Below, piece by piece: positions 35,583-38,761 of a DNA stretch of 38,761 nucleotides (position 1 is its first letter; the number at the start of each line of letters is the position of its first letter). The position numbers were made by a program, and so were the translations under genes. Source of the DNA: Oscillospiraceae bacterium. GTDB taxonomy: Bacteria; Bacillota; Clostridia; Oscillospirales; Acutalibacteraceae. The DNA is taken from the NCBI GenBank assembly GCA_029004655.1, contig JAQVYP010000001.1, forward strand, positions 1-38,761, in the 5' to 3' direction. Below the pieces are notes generated by a model. The model was not told where the DNA came from. It did not search any database and saw only the letters and a list, made by a program, of their open reading frames with translations.

Positions 35583-35875
35583 AAGCTACTGCTGTATTAC
35601 TTTTTGATTTCATATCCTGCTCCGTCTGTTTATTGTATTAAATTTCAGTTTATTTTTATATTATACCGTGTGCCAGCTAACCTTTCAACCAAATAATAAT
35701 TATTCCGGCTGTCGATTCCTGCTAATGTTTTATCTACGGATCCTAATTTACCCTTATATGCTATGATTTTTGCTGATTTTGCCTAAAAAAGAAGAAAAAC
35801 ATTCTCTTGCCTTGATAGACACTATTATACTCTCCAGAGAAAATAGCCACAGAAATGAGGATTGTAGAAGTATTT

Positions 35876-36886
35876 TTATTTTATAAAGTGCAGTATCCCC
35901 GCTTGGGCAAACAAAGACACAAAAACTACTGAGGTGTCTATGATAATCCCTGCAATCATCGGCTTTATACCCACGCCGGCGACTTCTTTAAGACTGGTAT
36001 TCAACCCGATTGCCGCCAATGCCATTGACATAAAGAATTTTGACAGGAATGAAATTCCGGCAACGATATTATCCGGCACAAAGCCTGTGCTTCTTATACC
36101 GACTACGACGAGGAACCCAAGAATAAACCAAGGGAATATTTTGCGTATATTGACCTTGGCAGCAGTTTGCGAATCTGTTTCCTTTTTTGCGTATATCCAA
36201 GAAAAGACAAGCACAACAGGCACGATAAAAAGTGTTCTGGTAAGCTTAACAATTGTTGCCAGCAAACCTGCAGCATCGGAAAATGCATATCCTGCTGCAA
36301 CAACTGATGATGTGTCGTTAACCGCAGTACCAATCCACAATCCATATCCGGTGTCGCCAAGTCCCAATAGCCGACCTATCCAGGGAAAGGCAATTACGGT
36401 TATGATGTCAAAAATAAAAGTAGCGGATATTGCGTAAGCGATATCCCTGTTCTTTGCCCGAATGGTAGGGCCCAGCGTAGCAACAGCGGTTCCTCCGCAA
36501 ATCGCTGTGCTAATTGAAAGAAGGCTTGCTAGTTTCCAGTTAATCTTAAAAACTTTCTTACATACGTACCCCACCCCAAAAGCTGTAACAAGGGTGAACA
36601 GCATTAGTATCAGTGCATATTTGCCGGCTTTGATTACTTGTGGGAAGCTTAGTGTTATTCCGGCAATGATAATTCCCGCACGCAGAACTTTTTTGGAAGT
36701 CCAGCTGATTCCCGGATTAAGAACTTCATAGCGGCAAACCAGCGGATTCAGCAGCATACCCAGAAGCAACGCAATCAGTGTTCCTCCGAGAATACCGGCA
36801 GGGAGAACCAAACTGATCATATAAGCCATCGCAGCGATTCCGCCTGAAAGCATAACACCTGATATGTACTTTTTTACACGACTCAT
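35876..36886 (-). CDS. YeiH/UPF0324 family membrane protein (putative sulfate/anion exporter family)
   Basis: ~336 aa from the ATG at 36886 (MSRVKKYISG). Polytopic and Gly-rich, matching the YeiH layout, and divergent from a LysR regulator as in E. coli yeiE-yeiH. Confidence 0.7.
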   Translation of the reverse strand: MSRVKKYISGVMLSGGIAAMAYMISLVLPAGILGGTLIALLLGMLLNPLVCRYEVLNPGISWTSKKVLRAGIIIAGITLSFPQVIKAGKYALILMLFTLVTAFGVGYVCKKVFKINWKLASLLSISTAICGGTAVATLGPTIRAKNRDIAYAISATFIFDIITVIAFPWIGRLLGLGDTGYGLWIGTAVNDTSSVVAAGYAFSDAAGLLATIVKLTRTLFIVPVVLVFSWIYAKKETDSQTAAKVNIRKIFPWFILGFLVVVGIRSTGFVPDNIVAGISFLSKFFMSMALAAIGLNTSLKEVAGVGIKPMIAGIIIDTSVVFVSLFAQAGILHFIK

Positions 36887-36926
36887 TATAAATATAATTC
36901 CTTTCATTTAACCTTGAATTTTTATC

Positions 36927-36943
36927 TGGTATTGATTTTACCA
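36927..36943. promoter_or_regulatory. Candidate LysR-type regulator binding box
   Basis: TGGTA-N7-TACCA dyad in the 124-bp divergent intergenic region, nested within TTATC...GATAA. Confidence 0.3.
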
Positions 36944-37011
36944 TACTTATTTGATAAAATAAAATTATACTTTCTAATGTTTGTATTATTTAAATTTATA
37001 GAGGGAAAAAT

Positions 37012-37914
37012 ATGCTTGATTTCAGACACGAAACATTTATTACATTATGCTCTTGCAGCAGCTTTACAAAAGCGGCGGAGCTTTTGCACATTACGCAGCC
37101 CGCGGTATCACAACATATTAAGTATCTTGAGGAATTCTATGGATGCAAGCTTTTCGAAACAGCCAATAGAAAAATAAGACTTACACATCAAGGAGAGCTT
37201 TTAAAAGAGTTTGCAATGACTATTTTTTCAGATTCCAAGCATTTTAAAGAAAATATTCATTCAATTCAAACAGACACAATGAAGTTTTCCTTCGGTGCCA
37301 CCTTGTCTATCGGAGAATATGTTATGCCGGAAATACTCTCACGTTTGCTTTCAAAGTATCCGGAAATGAAAATCCATATGTCTGTTGCGAACACGCAGGC
37401 CCTTCTTGAACGGCTGAACAATGGCGAGCTGGACTTTATTGTTGTGGAAGGGCTTTTTGATAAATCAGAATACGATTCCACTCTTTTTAGCCTTGAAAAG
37501 TTTATTCCCGTGTGCTCACCGGAATCAGGATTTGCAAAGCAGGAAGCGAGTTTTAAAGAGCTTACACGAAGCCGCCTGATTTTGCGGGAACGAGGATCGG
37601 GCACGCGGGAAATTTTCGAAAATATATTGCAGAAAAACAATTATTCGCTCCACGCTTTTGAAAAATTGATTGAAATAGGAAATATGGCTGCCATAAAGAA
37701 AATGGTTTCGAATGGGTTAGGCATAACATTTTTGTTTGAAGTGGCTGGAAAAAGAGAAATAGAAGACGGAACCCTCTCGGTTATTAACATTCCTGGCTTT
37801 TCTGAACAGCGTGAATTTAATTTTGTTTTGTTAAAGGACAGCTTTTTTCGTGAGCGGTATATGAAAATTTATGAACTTCTGAAACAGACCTTTAATGAGA
37901 TAAGAAACGGTTAG
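37012..37914 (+). CDS. LysR family transcriptional regulator (YeiE-like by context)
   Basis: 300 aa. N-terminal HTH FTKAAELLHITQPAVSQHIKYLEEFYG, then a LysR substrate-binding domain. Confidence 0.88.
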   Translation: MLDFRHETFITLCSCSSFTKAAELLHITQPAVSQHIKYLEEFYGCKLFETANRKIRLTHQGELLKEFAMTIFSDSKHFKENIHSIQTDTMKFSFGATLSIGEYVMPEILSRLLSKYPEMKIHMSVANTQALLERLNNGELDFIVVEGLFDKSEYDSTLFSLEKFIPVCSPESGFAKQEASFKELTRSRLILRERGSGTREIFENILQKNNYSLHAFEKLIEIGNMAAIKKMVSNGLGITFLFEVAGKREIEDGTLSVINIPGFSEQREFNFVLLKDSFFRERYMKIYELLKQTFNEIRNG

Positions 37915-38081
37915 TAACATATAGCTGTAATCGTAACCCGGCATTGAAAAAGTGCTGATTCATTTTACTCAAACAAGAAACCTGCTATAATTTTATCAGG
38001 TTTATAGAAGCGCGGGATCACTTTAAAGACCACCTTGTCAACGGTTTAGCGCTATGCTCCTAATGACTCAGATTAACACTT

Positions 38082-38239
38082 ATACTAATCTCAAATAAAA
38101 ACGTAGATATCTTTACGATCTAGTTTTCGTCCCGCCGCGTTGTCGTCGGCGGCGGGCGCTAGCCCGCTGTCCTCCTCCGCCTTGCGGGACAAAAACTATC
38201 CTCGCAAATCTAATCTCCATTTTTAATTGAGATTAGTAT
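38082..38239 (-). repeat. Copy 5: divergent subfamily member of the long-hairpin element
   Basis: Termini are ATACTAATCTCAA ... TTGAGATTAGTAT, with the change compensated in both arms. It is 158 bp with the same architecture and shares the conserved blocks TCCTCGCAAATCT, CGTTGTCGT, TCCTCCGCCTT and a GC apex. Confidence 0.85.
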
Positions 38240-38320
38240 TACGCCCATAAAGAGATACACCCGGCTAATATTAATATCAAGAATGCTATCTGGCAACCGC
38301 AATAGCGAAAAGTAAAGAGT

Positions 38321-38366
38321 AAAACAGAAACGACAACTTTCTGTCGAAAATTGTCGTTTCTGTTTT
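38321..38366 (-). terminator. Intrinsic terminator downstream of tRNA-Val
   Basis: AAAACAGAAACGACAA - loop - TTGTCGTTTCTGTTTT, with a T-run on the minus strand. It starts 2 nt after the tRNA 3' end. Confidence 0.65.
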
Positions 38367-38367
38367 G

Positions 38368-38444
<77 letters not shown>

Positions 38445-38761
38445 AAATATAGCTTTGCAAATACAAAGCTATCGATTATTATTAATATTATTATATATTA
38501 CATTTTGGATAAGTCAACATTCTTTTGCTACACAATAATGATTTTATATTGTCCAACCAATAATTAATCTGTAACAAAATACTTGAATTCGACTTTGCTA
38601 AATTATTATTTTTCTTGCATAATAGATATCCTGAGATATTATTAAGATACTAAATAAATATATCATAGTTTGCCTGGCAATCCAATATATCTGACGAATT
38701 TTAAATACCAATTAAATACAGACAACTATTTATCCATATATTCAAGATATTTATTGATTAT

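Noticed and set aside
35320-35613. 97-aa ORF (MKSKSNTAVAYAIIDIGRLAF..) starting at the well-placed RBS and ATG upstream of the His-rich gene.
   Set aside because: Beyond the first ~10 codons it is out of frame with the obvious EamA TM segments and encodes no recognisable protein. I keep only its start signal as evidence for a frameshift or remnant (see finding).
35934-36437. 167-aa plus-strand ORF opposite the YeiH-like gene. Similar cases are 28280-28672 opposite mntP and 12605-12982 opposite htpG.
   Set aside because: These are mirror ORFs of membrane or chaperone genes that have far better coding signatures on the other strand.

Overview
This 38.8 kb window looks like AT-rich chromosomal DNA from an endospore-forming Firmicute, probably Clostridia-like (spoVT, ECF/BioY transporters, sigma-K-like promoter). 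Most of it is housekeeping. It carries lgt and folD, then a translationally coupled six-gene polyamine operon (speD, Bacillus-type arginine decarboxylase, speE, agmatinase-family ureohydrolase, carboxy(nor)spermidine dehydrogenase, carboxy(nor)spermidine decarboxylase) behind a ~430-nt leader that ends in a terminator-like hairpin. Further genes are a PHP phosphoesterase, an SGNH hydrolase, spoVT, htpG, rpsF-ssb-rpsR, an LCP-family protein, coaX, an ECF S-component, a VanY-like peptidase, polA, a polysaccharide deacetylase, an LMW phosphatase, rimI and tsaD. These are followed by a TetR-DegV-DegV unit with a palindromic operator, mntP, birA-bioY with a BirA operator, a large GT-C-like membrane protein, two tiny membrane peptides and two paralogous Cys/Thr-rich proteins. 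The window ends with a truncated EamA-type gene with a His-rich tail, a yeiH-like gene divergent from a LysR regulator, and tRNA-Val(CAC). The most unusual signal is non-coding: a dispersed ~157-bp long-hairpin element with a GC-rich core and 13-bp terminal inverted repeats. It occurs five times (three near-identical copies, one 60-bp internally deleted copy, one divergent copy), and the divergent copy keeps the hairpin through many compensatory substitutions. I do not recognise it as a described repeat or RNA family. Secondary points of interest are the dual-route polyamine operon and its leader, the Cys/Thr-rich paralog pair (possible spore-surface proteins), and the His-rich transporter remnant. 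No CRISPR array, transposase, phage or defence genes were seen.
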